From IMG/VR virus record IMGVR_UViG_3300035670_000024: a stretch of 64,000 bases of DNA; one strand, given 5' to 3'. The DNA is from a virus. Positions 28,881 to 38,190 of the stretch are shown here, in pieces (within the stretch, counting starts at the first letter, position 1; every line of letters starts with the position of its first letter). The notes under the pieces were generated by a model, which worked only from the letters and a program-made list of their open reading frames with translations, was not told where the DNA came from and ran no database searches. Both the position numbers and the translations under genes were made by a program.

Positions 28881-31800
28881 TCAGTATCCATCTTCTGCCC
28901 AACACTCTCCATATCCATTCTTCTGATCATCATATGGATAGTTTAACCAACCTTTTCTTGTCCACTCAAGATCAATTCCATATCTTGGGAAAGATTTAAA
29001 TGCTCTTTTTATAACATTTTGACTGATCTGATGTGAGTGATTCCATTCTGGACAATTATCATAGAGATATTTTTCTGGATCAAGAATCATGAGATTAATT
29101 CTCTCATCAAATTTACTACAATATCTTGAACCAATGTAAGTTTCAGTCCTTGCGAAGAATGGGTAATACTTATGAAGATTTTCTTTTGTAACCTTAATCT
29201 TATCAATAAGACCACCAAACTCAAGAGGAATATCAAACAATTCTTTCAGATCGCAAGTTCTTCCCCAGAAGATGTGATCTCTTGGATGGAACAGTAGATT
29301 TGGATAAATTCCTGCTACGAAAATTTGATCCTCATATTCTCTACGATTCATCATGTAATCATACATCTTACACATGCTTTCAATAGAATATTTTTGATCA
29401 GTTCTCATTTTTGCAGAGTATTCTGTCTTTACGAAATTTAATCCGCTAAGAGAACCTACAATTTGTAGATTTCTATTATCAGTTCCTGGAGATGAAGGAT
29501 ATTCATTTCTTATGTATTTTACTCTAGTTGAATGATAAGAATTTGTCCTATCCATATTCCAACAAGAAACAATTACATTATTCACAAAAGGAATTTTCAA
29601 GTATTGATCAATAATTTCATTTGTATATTCATCATATCTTCCTTGAAGAACAATGTCCATCTTTCCAATTTCAGGAACAATTGTAAATGGTATATTATAT
29701 TCTTCTTGAATTTTTTCTATAGAATCTAAACAATTTATTTCTTGAAGTTCTGAAGGTTGATTTTTATTTGAATCTAAAAGATCGGGAAAATATTTTTGAA
29801 GATTATCAAGAACTGAATTTTTATATTCTTCTGGCATTTGATAATTTTCATATAAATCCTTAAGAAGTTTTCCAGACTCTTCATTTTTTCCCCACCACCA
29901 TCCAGAAACTGCTTTTTCAAATAATAATCCAAAAGTTCCTGGGTATCCTACATTAGTTCTTAATGGAGGAGAATTTAGATCTGCAAAATTTAATGCATTA
30001 TCAGCATAAATGTAGCAGTCTTGCCAAGACTGTCTTTTTTCCGAAAAATTTGAAAGTAAAAAATATGCTTCTGGGCGAGTGGGAAGCAGACACAGCGCCT
30101 GCTGAAGTAGTCCTTTAGAAGATACATCTCTTGTTCCTTGCCTTTCATAGCAAATTGATCCGTGAATCAGTGCTTCATAGGCAAGAAGATCATCTGCTCT
30201 TTCTGCACATCTCAGAAAATAAGAAAGTGCTGGTGCTGTATGCCCTTCTCTTTCATACCAAAGACCAAGAGCAAAATTATACTCTGGATTTTCAGTATCT
30301 GCTGAGTATTGTGTAAGAAGATTTTCTAGTTCATTCTTTACTGTCATTTCTTGCAATCCAAATAATTGATTTAATGAGGTATGTTGTGTTTTCCACCAAT
30401 TAGATACGAAATCATAACTTTCCTTATGATATTCTTTATGACCACCTTCAATTTGATTGAAGGTAGTTGATAAATGATTGTTTTCTACAAACAATTCTAC
30501 TACATAAACTTTTCCAAGACCATAAAATAAAACATTTTCTGGCATCGGGTAGAAATTTGTGCCAGGAATAGTCAAATCATATTCATCATCAAAAACATGC
30601 CTTTCTAAAACTTTTCTGGCATAATCCCGAGTCATTATATATGCAGTGACAGACCAATCATACATGGATCTTTCACGAAAATGAACTGATTCAAATGATG
30701 GACGAACAGTTGTTAACTGAACACATTCAGTATCATCTGGTAGTTTTTCAATAAATTGATTCCAAGTGAAATTCCAGTTTTCTACAGTCTCTAAACTTAG
30801 ATCATCTTCACAAAAGAAAGCATAATCATCATCTTTCTTTTCATACCATTTTTGAATTGCTTTTAGATGAGAAATTGTACATCCAATTGTTCCTCCGTCT
30901 AAAATATGTAACATTTCTCCTTTAACTTTATCATTACATTCAGCAAATCTTTTTGAAAGTATTGGAGTGATGTCATCTATTCCATACCTAGAGAATTGTT
31001 CATGTAATGATTTTTGCCTTTCCACACTTTCTTCTAAACTTACATAATAAGAATATGGAAAATTTTCAAGATTATTTTTTATAGTATCTTCAATCATTGT
31101 ACCTATAAAGTTTCTTTTCTTATCGCTTTTAATTATACTCCATTTAGTGCTATTATTTACATAATAATCTTTTACTTCACCAACCAATTCTTTATTAGCA
31201 TTTGTATGAGATATTGCCATCACATAATCAGTTTGCCATTCAAGTTCAATGTTTTCATCAAACATTCCTGTTAGATTATTTTTAATAAGAACTCTATTTT
31301 CTTCGCTGTATCCTTCAAAGTTTTCTACTCTTTTTTGATCTTGGTGTGGTATATGAATTAAGAAATAGTCACAACTTATTTTTTTATGAGTTAGACCAAA
31401 AAGTTCCAATCTTTGATATAATTCATCATCTTCATATGAATAATGTTTTTTTAAATTTTCATTGTATCCACCAACCTTTATGAAATTTTCTTTTGTAATA
31501 TACAAAAGACCAGTTAGATATTTGAAATATGGACTGTAAGAATTACAATATTCTCTAATCTCATCAATATGCATTGTTGTAAAATCTAAAACATATGCAT
31601 CTTGCTCTTCTGAATAGACTTCTGGACTTTGATAACTATTTTTTCCAGAAACAAAAGAATTATCATCTATAGTATACTTTTTAAAAAAATTATAATATGG
31701 ATTGAGAATATAATCTGAATCAACTTTTAAGATATACTTATTTTTTGCAATACTTACTGCAAGATTTAAAGGTTGAGGTTGATTGAAATATTGTTGATTT

Positions 31801-31976
31801 TCTACTGTAATTACATTAATTCTTTCATCTAATTCTGTTAAATGAGAAATAGATTCATCAGATGACCAATCAACAATAATAATTTCAGATATTTCTTTAA
31901 AGGATAACCAAGAACTTAAGGATACGCGAAGTGCTTCATAGCGATTTTTGCAAGCACAAATTAAAGATACACTCAT
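28881..31976 (-). CDS. Multidomain glycosyltransferase (GT2/GT7-like + GT25-like + TPR + WavE-like)
   Basis: IIIVDWSS/KVDSD/GGYNE..YEDDEL; YVSL..S.ER..GC..SHL..FCEDD; TPR-like P.RPEAYFLL; IVLQG..NRNLQ..SLSGL..KMRTDQ. Confidence 0.8.
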   Translation of the reverse strand: MSVSLICACKNRYEALRVSLSSWLSFKEISEIIIVDWSSDESISHLTELDERINVITVENQQYFNQPQPLNLAVSIAKNKYILKVDSDYILNPYYNFFKKYTIDDNSFVSGKNSYQSPEVYSEEQDAYVLDFTTMHIDEIREYCNSYSPYFKYLTGLLYITKENFIKVGGYNENLKKHYSYEDDELYQRLELFGLTHKKISCDYFLIHIPHQDQKRVENFEGYSEENRVLIKNNLTGMFDENIELEWQTDYVMAISHTNANKELVGEVKDYYVNNSTKWSIIKSDKKRNFIGTMIEDTIKNNLENFPYSYYVSLEESVERQKSLHEQFSRYGIDDITPILSKRFAECNDKVKGEMLHILDGGTIGCTISHLKAIQKWYEKKDDDYAFFCEDDLSLETVENWNFTWNQFIEKLPDDTECVQLTTVRPSFESVHFRERSMYDWSVTAYIMTRDYARKVLERHVFDDEYDLTIPGTNFYPMPENVLFYGLGKVYVVELFVENNHLSTTFNQIEGGHKEYHKESYDFVSNWWKTQHTSLNQLFGLQEMTVKNELENLLTQYSADTENPEYNFALGLWYEREGHTAPALSYFLRCAERADDLLAYEALIHGSICYERQGTRDVSSKGLLQQALCLLPTRPEAYFLLSNFSEKRQSWQDCYIYADNALNFADLNSPPLRTNVGYPGTFGLLFEKAVSGWWWGKNEESGKLLKDLYENYQMPEEYKNSVLDNLQKYFPDLLDSNKNQPSELQEINCLDSIEKIQEEYNIPFTIVPEIGKMDIVLQGRYDEYTNEIIDQYLKIPFVNNVIVSCWNMDRTNSYHSTRVKYIRNEYPSSPGTDNRNLQIVGSLSGLNFVKTEYSAKMRTDQKYSIESMCKMYDYMMNRREYEDQIFVAGIYPNLLFHPRDHIFWGRTCDLKELFDIPLEFGGLIDKIKVTKENLHKYYPFFARTETYIGSRYCSKFDERINLMILDPEKYLYDNCPEWNHSHQISQNVIKRAFKSFPRYGIDLEWTRKGWLNYPYDDQKNGYGECWAEDGY

Positions 31977-31991
31977 AATGAATAATCTATT

Positions 31992-32621
31992 TTATTTTTT
32001 CCAGGCAAAACCAATTCCCCAATCTTCAGGGCAGTTGACCTCAATATTCCACTTTGTTTTATCTAAAGAATTTATAAAATTATAAGGCCCAGGATGGCAT
32101 GAAACATCATGAAATCCTACTATGCCATCATCAGAAAGAAGGTTTGTATATTCCCAATCTCTTAGTACTTGGTTGATACTATGCCATCCATCAATAAAAA
32201 TAAAATCAAATTTTTCTACACCCAATTCTTTAAACTTTAAAACATTTTCTTGATAGTTTGAACTATCATTTACTATGGTGTAAATATTTTTTTCCGAATC
32301 ATTTAAAAATGATCTATCTTCAACATCTAGACCAATGTAAAAAGTTTCTTGTTTTTTACTGTTGAAGAATACATATGCAAACGATTCCTCAGCATTTCTT
32401 CCTATACCAATTTCAAGAATAGATTTTGCATTTTCTCTAACTTTCATAAACTGTTGCAAAAGAGCAAATCTATTGCAATAGGTAACTTCTTTTGGATAGA
32501 TTGCTTCACCATATTCATTAAAAGTATGACCATATCCAAGAGGATGTGGAACACCACCATCAGCATCATCAAAATCAGTTCCAGTTCTAATATCTCTAAT
32601 TAAATCAGTTTCCCACTTCAT
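31992..32621 (-). CDS. Class I SAM methyltransferase (Methyltransf_24-like)
   Basis: ILEIGIG, FDFIFIDGWHS..VL.DW, L..DGIVGFHD. Confidence 0.85.
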   Translation of the reverse strand: MKWETDLIRDIRTGTDFDDADGGVPHPLGYGHTFNEYGEAIYPKEVTYCNRFALLQQFMKVRENAKSILEIGIGRNAEESFAYVFFNSKKQETFYIGLDVEDRSFLNDSEKNIYTIVNDSSNYQENVLKFKELGVEKFDFIFIDGWHSINQVLRDWEYTNLLSDDGIVGFHDVSCHPGPYNFINSLDKTKWNIEVNCPEDWGIGFAWKK

Positions 32622-32624
32622 TGT

Positions 32625-33095
32625 TCAACTCCAATTGTTCTTATAAAATAATGGTTTGTCTGTGCAGATGCCATAACTTCTTTCTATATATTCTGGATTT
32701 GAAAGGTATAAATCAGTATTTTCTGGTAAAACAATAACTGATTTAGAAAAGGGAATTTCCCCCACCAAAACCCATCCAATTCCTTTACTAGTCAAAGTAT
32801 ATTTGTCTACATCATGCCAAAAATAATGAAAATTTATTGGAGCACTTGATAATTTTTCAAGTGCTTCTCTATTTTTACAATGAATCCAAAGTACATCTTT
32901 ATACTTTCTTAACCATTCCATAGTGATAAAATATTGGGGACGATCATGCCCAAGATAGCATTGATCATCCCCAATAACCCATAAATCAATTTCAACATCA
33001 AATCCTTCAGAGATTGCTTCTTCAATATACTCAGTACTATTTTCTCTGAGTGGATTTGGTTCAGTTAAATTTCCCCGATGTGCAATAATTTTCAT
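32625..33095 (-). CDS. Short GDPD-like (glycerophosphodiester phosphodiesterase fold) protein
   Basis: IAHRGN..EN, FDVEIDLW, LGHD, WIHCKN, GICTD. Confidence 0.8.
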   Translation of the reverse strand: MKIIAHRGNLTEPNPLRENSTEYIEEAISEGFDVEIDLWVIGDDQCYLGHDRPQYFITMEWLRKYKDVLWIHCKNREALEKLSSAPINFHYFWHDVDKYTLTSKGIGWVLVGEIPFSKSVIVLPENTDLYLSNPEYIERSYGICTDKPLFYKNNWS

Positions 33096-33103
33096 TTAAA
33101 TAA

Positions 33104-33871
33104 TCATCCAAATAAAACTCTTCTAAAATCTATGTTATTATTAATTCTAACAACAAAATTAAATCTTTTTAAAGGGACATTTGTAACCTTAAGATATTCA
33201 CTAAGCATGATTTCTGGTTGAAATGGGCAATCATGCAATTTTAGTAAATTATTATACAGGTTTGAATATATGTCCATTGAAAAAGAAGATCCTAATGCGA
33301 ATTGATCATTTATTCCTCCACACCAATCCTCACCATCTGGAATGTAAAGAGCATCTGTCATTTCACTGACATCTAATGTTTTACCCTCAAAATCACTATC
33401 AAATCTCATTCTTATTACACAATCAAAAAGCATATTGTTTTCAGTTTCATATTGTCTTTTTAATTCATTCGCTTTAAATATAGAATAATGCATACTTAAT
33501 GGCCCAATATCTTTTCTTGGGTATATTAATTCATGTGTATCTACATTTTTATTGTACCATTTCCTAGTTATTAAAGATTTTGGAGGTAATCTATTGTAGA
33601 TTAGTTCAAAATCACTCTTTTTTGTATCATAATTTTCTATCAATATTTTTTCATAATCAAATAAATCTATAATATTTGGAGATGTTTCTATGATTTTATC
33701 TAATTCTTTATGTTGGTATCCAAAAACAGTATTTAAGAATCCATCAAAATTTTTTATTTTCCAAGTATGAATAAAAATTTTGATATCATCATTTGGTATA
33801 ATATTTTCAATACTTTTAACTGCTATATGGGGATATCGCACACCACCAGAAATACATAATGCTATTTTCAT
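33104..33871 (-). CDS. Putative glycosyltransferase-like protein (paralogue of 37477-38190)
   Basis: IALCISG..R, IFIHTW, SMHYSI, VIRMRFD, GINDQFA, PE.ML. Confidence 0.6.
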   Translation of the reverse strand: MKIALCISGGVRYPHIAVKSIENIIPNDDIKIFIHTWKIKNFDGFLNTVFGYQHKELDKIIETSPNIIDLFDYEKILIENYDTKKSDFELIYNRLPPKSLITRKWYNKNVDTHELIYPRKDIGPLSMHYSIFKANELKRQYETENNMLFDCVIRMRFDSDFEGKTLDVSEMTDALYIPDGEDWCGGINDQFALGSSFSMDIYSNLYNNLLKLHDCPFQPEIMLSEYLKVTNVPLKRFNFVVRINNNIDFRRVLFG

Positions 33872-33941
33872 ATAATGCTTCTATAAAAAGGTTTTCTCAT
33901 AACATTTAGTTCAGTTAAATTTCTCCAGATGTATAAGAATT

Positions 33942-35147
33942 TTAATATTCATTTCTAGTTAATATTAATATCCAACTATTTGGATAAATTCCATTTCCCA
34001 TGATATGATGAGTATTAATTTTTTTTATTGAATCATAAAACTTATTATGCCCATATAGATTGATTTCTTCCATATAAGATTCAAAAGAATCCTCAGAAAG
34101 TAAACCTTCAATTATCAATATTCCACCGGGATTTAGATACTTATAAGCATTTCTAATAATTTTAATTCTAGACCAAAATGTATGATCAGAATCATCTATT
34201 AAGATATCAAATTTGGAATTGGATTTTTCAAATGCTTCACAAATTGATACTTCACTAGTTGCATCCATATAATCATATGAAGTATCTGGAAGATTATCTT
34301 CTTTTGCGCTTTGAAGTAAACTACTATCATTATCCCATCCATAAAGATGAGCATTAGAGAAGTATTCTCTCCAAATTTTCATTGATGAGTTTTTGTATAT
34401 TCCAATTTCTCCAAAATTAATCTGTTTGTATTTGAATGGAGAAAATAGAAGATTATAAAATGATGTGCAATAATTGGAATCTTTTTTAAATGAAAGTGTA
34501 GCGATGTATAGATTTACATTTTCCTGATAAAAACCTTGATGATGAGGTTGCTCGTATTCTTTTCTATACCTACTTGTTAACTTTAGTCCTGAAGATTCTA
34601 CGATTTTAATTATATTTTCAGGTGAAATAAATTCACCAGGATCTGGAGATAAGGTGACATCAGTGGAAATAAGTAATCTTCCGTTTGGTTTTAAGACTCT
34701 ATGAACTTCATCTGCAACATTTTTCCATCCCCAATTTTCAATACCATCTCCCCATGTAGGATTGAAACAGTGTACTGAGCAAGAATCAATTATAACATCT
34801 ACACTCTCCGGTTCCATTTGCTTTAGTTCATATAAAGCATCACCAAGAACCATTTTTGCTAATCCTTTTGGACACCAATGATCAACACTCATAAGATCTA
34901 TTCCAGTCACATCATTGCCCCAACTTGCAATGATGTGAGGAATTACTCCATTTGCAGATCCTAAGTCAATTACGGTTAAATTATTTTTTCCGATTGACTT
35001 GAATTCTTGTAATAATGACACCCATTTGACAATGGCTGCATCCTTGTCCCAAAATTCTCCCCGAAAACCTTTTTCAGGCCATTTTTCTTTTTTTAGTATA
35101 TCCTTACAGATAGAAACATCCTTAGATGTAATTAACTTATTGTACAT
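33942..35147 (-). CDS. Tandem two-domain SAM methyltransferase
   Basis: Domain 1 VIDLGSANG..VHRVLKPNGRLLIS; domain 2 GEIGI..S.KIWREYF..FDILIDD.DH..LNPGGILIIE. Confidence 0.8.
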   Translation of the reverse strand: MYNKLITSKDVSICKDILKKEKWPEKGFRGEFWDKDAAIVKWVSLLQEFKSIGKNNLTVIDLGSANGVIPHIIASWGNDVTGIDLMSVDHWCPKGLAKMVLGDALYELKQMEPESVDVIIDSCSVHCFNPTWGDGIENWGWKNVADEVHRVLKPNGRLLISTDVTLSPDPGEFISPENIIKIVESSGLKLTSRYRKEYEQPHHQGFYQENVNLYIATLSFKKDSNYCTSFYNLLFSPFKYKQINFGEIGIYKNSSMKIWREYFSNAHLYGWDNDSSLLQSAKEDNLPDTSYDYMDATSEVSICEAFEKSNSKFDILIDDSDHTFWSRIKIIRNAYKYLNPGGILIIEGLLSEDSFESYMEEINLYGHNKFYDSIKKINTHHIMGNGIYPNSWILILTRNEY

Positions 35148-35158
35148 TTTTTAATAGA

Positions 35159-36397
35159 TCAAAAATCAAGAACCCATTCAGGAAGAGAACCGCCGCCAGT
35201 TTCATATCCCCACTTATCTATGGCATCACGAAACTCTTTACCTGGAGTCTTATCAATTGCCTGACGCATTGCTAAAGCACCCGATAAAGTGCCTCCTGGA
35301 TGACCATGAACCGCTCCACCACAATTAGCAAGAAAGTCAGTGCCAAACTTTTCTGCTGTAGTATTTACAATACCAGGATGCATACCACAACTTAGTGCGG
35401 GAAGCACATTTCTCTTATGTAGTGTTGCCATTGTCTGACGAAGTTCATCTTCATCATCACTTAAGTATCCACCCCACATTCCTGCATGAATTGTATCTAC
35501 ACCGCAAAGTCCTGCAAGATCACAGAGAACATCCCAATCAATACCAAATGCATGTCTCTTATCGGTAAGAATCTTATCACCACTCTTTTGATAATGAACA
35601 AATAAAGGTAGATCCATTTTTCTTACAGAATTATAAACTCCTAGACCACTCCAGAAGTTAATATGAATACCATTACCACCATTTTCTGCAACAAACTTAG
35701 CACGATCAAGAATTGTATGATGATCTCCATTAATACAGAAGCAATAGATCACTCCCCTTCCACAATTATTGACAATGTTGGAAATCAATTCTACACGATC
35801 CTCAAGACGGCAAAATGAAGGATTGGCAAGAATCTCATCTTCTTTAATGAAATCAACTCCACCATCCAGAAGTTCTTTGACCATTTCTGATAGAGTTTGT
35901 GGAGAAATGCCTGTTTTTGGTTTTACGATTGCCCCAGAAAGTGGTTTGTCATAGCGATTAACAAACTTACGAATTCCATCAATACCATTCTTAGGCCCTA
36001 GGAATTGTGCTTCCACATCGGCAGGAAATTCAAGTTTACGAAGACGGCAAACTTTAAATACATCAATATCTAATTGACCTCCCATCAATTGACAAAGAAG
36101 ATGTGAGATACCATCACCTTCCCAATCAGTATTTACTTTAGGAAATCCAATTTTAACTTCCCCTTCAGTCAACTGAGAAAGTTCATTTTCATCAGCATAG
36201 ATGACACAAGATGAAAGTTCAAAAAGTTCATCATTTTCCCAGCGATTACGAACTTTTGGATTCCCTACACTTTGTCCAATTGCGAGATTCCAAGCCGCAT
36301 CTTTTAATGTGCCAATATTTGAATATGATTCAATATAATAAGTTGCAATTACACAACGATTTTTTTCATATTCAGTTAGTTCTCTAAAGAATTTCAT
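35159..36397 (-). CDS. RuBisCO-like protein (form IV large-subunit superfamily)
   Basis: RuBisCO signature GGVDFIKEDE, IVKPKTG, F.GP..GI.GIR, G.DTIHAG, ALSCG, GGAVHGHPGG..GA.AMRQA. Confidence 0.93.
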   Translation of the reverse strand: MKFFRELTEYEKNRCVIATYYIESYSNIGTLKDAAWNLAIGQSVGNPKVRNRWENDELFELSSCVIYADENELSQLTEGEVKIGFPKVNTDWEGDGISHLLCQLMGGQLDIDVFKVCRLRKLEFPADVEAQFLGPKNGIDGIRKFVNRYDKPLSGAIVKPKTGISPQTLSEMVKELLDGGVDFIKEDEILANPSFCRLEDRVELISNIVNNCGRGVIYCFCINGDHHTILDRAKFVAENGGNGIHINFWSGLGVYNSVRKMDLPLFVHYQKSGDKILTDKRHAFGIDWDVLCDLAGLCGVDTIHAGMWGGYLSDDEDELRQTMATLHKRNVLPALSCGMHPGIVNTTAEKFGTDFLANCGGAVHGHPGGTLSGALAMRQAIDKTPGKEFRDAIDKWGYETGGGSLPEWVLDF

Positions 36398-36720
36398 GAT
36401 TCAACCTCAAATTTATCAGATGGAATAGACGGAATTTTAACTACCACTAAGGTACAATCTTCAAGAAAAATTGGATCAGCAACTTCTCCTTTTTCAAATA
36501 CAAATACATCCCCACTATTTAACTCATTTCCCTGAATGATCATTTTACCGGAAATAAGAACATTATATTCTATACTTTCCTTATGATAGTGAGGAGACCA
36601 ATATTCATCCTTTTTATGTTGTAGAATACCAACCTCAAAATCTTTGGTTTTAAACAGAGATGGTTCAAAATCTCCAATGAACCATCCACGAACATAATCA
36701 GTAATTTTTGTTATATTCAT
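36394..36720 (-). CDS. Cupin-fold protein
   Basis: GWFIGDFEPS..FEVG..HYHKES.EYN; translationally coupled to the RLP. Confidence 0.75.
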   Translation of the reverse strand: MNITKITDYVRGWFIGDFEPSLFKTKDFEVGILQHKKDEYWSPHYHKESIEYNVLISGKMIIQGNELNSGDVFVFEKGEVADPIFLEDCTLVVVKIPSIPSDKFEVES

Positions 36721-37432
36721 ATTTTTTTAAATAATAATTTAAATCTTCTGGGACACCGACAGGATTATGTTGCCAAGTTGGGATTTGATGTATTCCAACT
36801 TTTCGGCCAAAATGTTTAATCATATAATTGTATGTTGGTCCAACATAGTATTCGCCATTAGGTGCTGTATCTTCAAACTGAATCATTTCTTGAGCACTTT
36901 CAACAAAGTAAAATCCTTTTCTCCAATAATGAATTCCGTTAAGAGATATGTTGCTAATGACCTCCTTCTCTTTCACCTCCAATACTAACCCATCTCTATC
37001 AATTTTGCAATAGCTGTTTTTGGGCGTGTCCGTTTCATAGGTGACTATGACTCCATCATACTTATAGTATCTTGCCGTTTGCAGAAATAATCCAGAATCC
37101 CACCACATTATTTGATCACAATTCGCAATAACCAATTCAGTATTATTATTAATTTCAGTTTCAAATAATAATGCACTACATGCTGGTCCTTTTGTAGTCT
37201 CATCAACTGTGATTATCTTACAATCTGGAACTATTTTTTTAAGCAATTCGTATATTTGAAAATAAAATGAATCTTGCCGAATTACAAAATGATATTTACC
37301 ATCAAGATTCATAGATTCAATTGCACATTGAATCATTGGTTTACCTTCAATTTCAATCAGTGGTTTAGGTAGATGGTATTTGTCTCTTGGAAATCTAGTT
37401 CCTTCTCCAGCCATCGGTATGACAATGTTCAT
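36698..37432 (-). CDS. Sugar-phosphate nucleotidyltransferase (GT-A/NTP transferase)
   Basis: IVIPMAGEGTRF..PKPLI..GKPMI, T.GPACS, ANCDQ, EK..IS, NGEYYV.P.YN, G.PEDL. Confidence 0.9.
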   Translation of the reverse strand: MNIVIPMAGEGTRFPRDKYHLPKPLIEIEGKPMIQCAIESMNLDGKYHFVIRQDSFYFQIYELLKKIVPDCKIITVDETTKGPACSALLFETEINNNTELVIANCDQIMWWDSGLFLQTARYYKYDGVIVTYETDTPKNSYCKIDRDGLVLEVKEKEVISNISLNGIHYWRKGFYFVESAQEMIQFEDTAPNGEYYVGPTYNYMIKHFGRKVGIHQIPTWQHNPVGVPEDLNYYLKKYEYNKNY

Positions 37433-37476
37433 AAAACCTCATTTATTTTGTGTAAAATTTAATATCTAATAAAGTC

Positions 37477-38190
37477 TCATCTATTATTAATAACAACTCT
37501 AAAATCAAATCTATTTACTGCTATGTTGTACATTTCAAAGTATTTGCGAAGCATAGTTTCTGGATGATATTGAACATCTCTAATTTTATCAATATGATTA
37601 TATAAATTAGAATACAAATTCATTGCATCTGAAGATCCTACAGCAAACTGATCATTAATGCCACCACACCAATCTTCTCCTCTTGGAATATTGATTCCAT
37701 TTGGAATGTTGTTTAGATGTAATTCATTTCCTCCAAAGTTACTATCAAATCTCATTCTAATCACTTTATCAAATATCATATTATTTTCTTTTTCATAATC
37801 ACATTTTAATTGATTGCTTTTATAAATTGAATAGTGCATACTAATTGGTCCAACATCATGCCTTGGAACTATACATGCCCCTTGCTGAAATGGGAGAAGA
37901 TTTATAGAATTATGAATTGCTTCAAATTCAGAATGCTTAGATTCATCATAATCTTCTATTAAAAGTTTTTCGTAATTGTAATGTTCTAAAAAATTAAATT
38001 GAGTTTCAAAAATGTTATCTGGTTCTTTACTTTGTAATCCAAAAATAGTTTTTAAAAAACTTTCTGTATCTACAATTTTCCAAGTATGAATAAAGATTTT
38101 GATACAATCATTAGGAACTATTTTTTTAATACTTTCTAGACCTATATGAGGATATCTTATATTTCCTGAAATGCAAATTGCTACTTTCAT
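37477..38190 (-). CDS. Putative glycosyltransferase-like protein (paralogue of 33104-33871)
   Basis: VAICISGNIRYPH, IFIHTW, SMHYSI, VIRMRFD, GEDWCGGINDQFA. Confidence 0.6.
   Translation of the reverse strand: MKVAICISGNIRYPHIGLESIKKIVPNDCIKIFIHTWKIVDTESFLKTIFGLQSKEPDNIFETQFNFLEHYNYEKLLIEDYDESKHSEFEAIHNSINLLPFQQGACIVPRHDVGPISMHYSIYKSNQLKCDYEKENNMIFDKVIRMRFDSNFGGNELHLNNIPNGINIPRGEDWCGGINDQFAVGSSDAMNLYSNLYNHIDKIRDVQYHPETMLRKYFEMYNIAVNRFDFRVVINNR

Noticed and set aside
35159-36397. CO2-fixing RuBisCO (rbcL) as an auxiliary metabolic gene
   Set aside because: The K334, H294, E60 and N123 equivalents appear substituted, and there is no rbcS, prk or carboxysome context.
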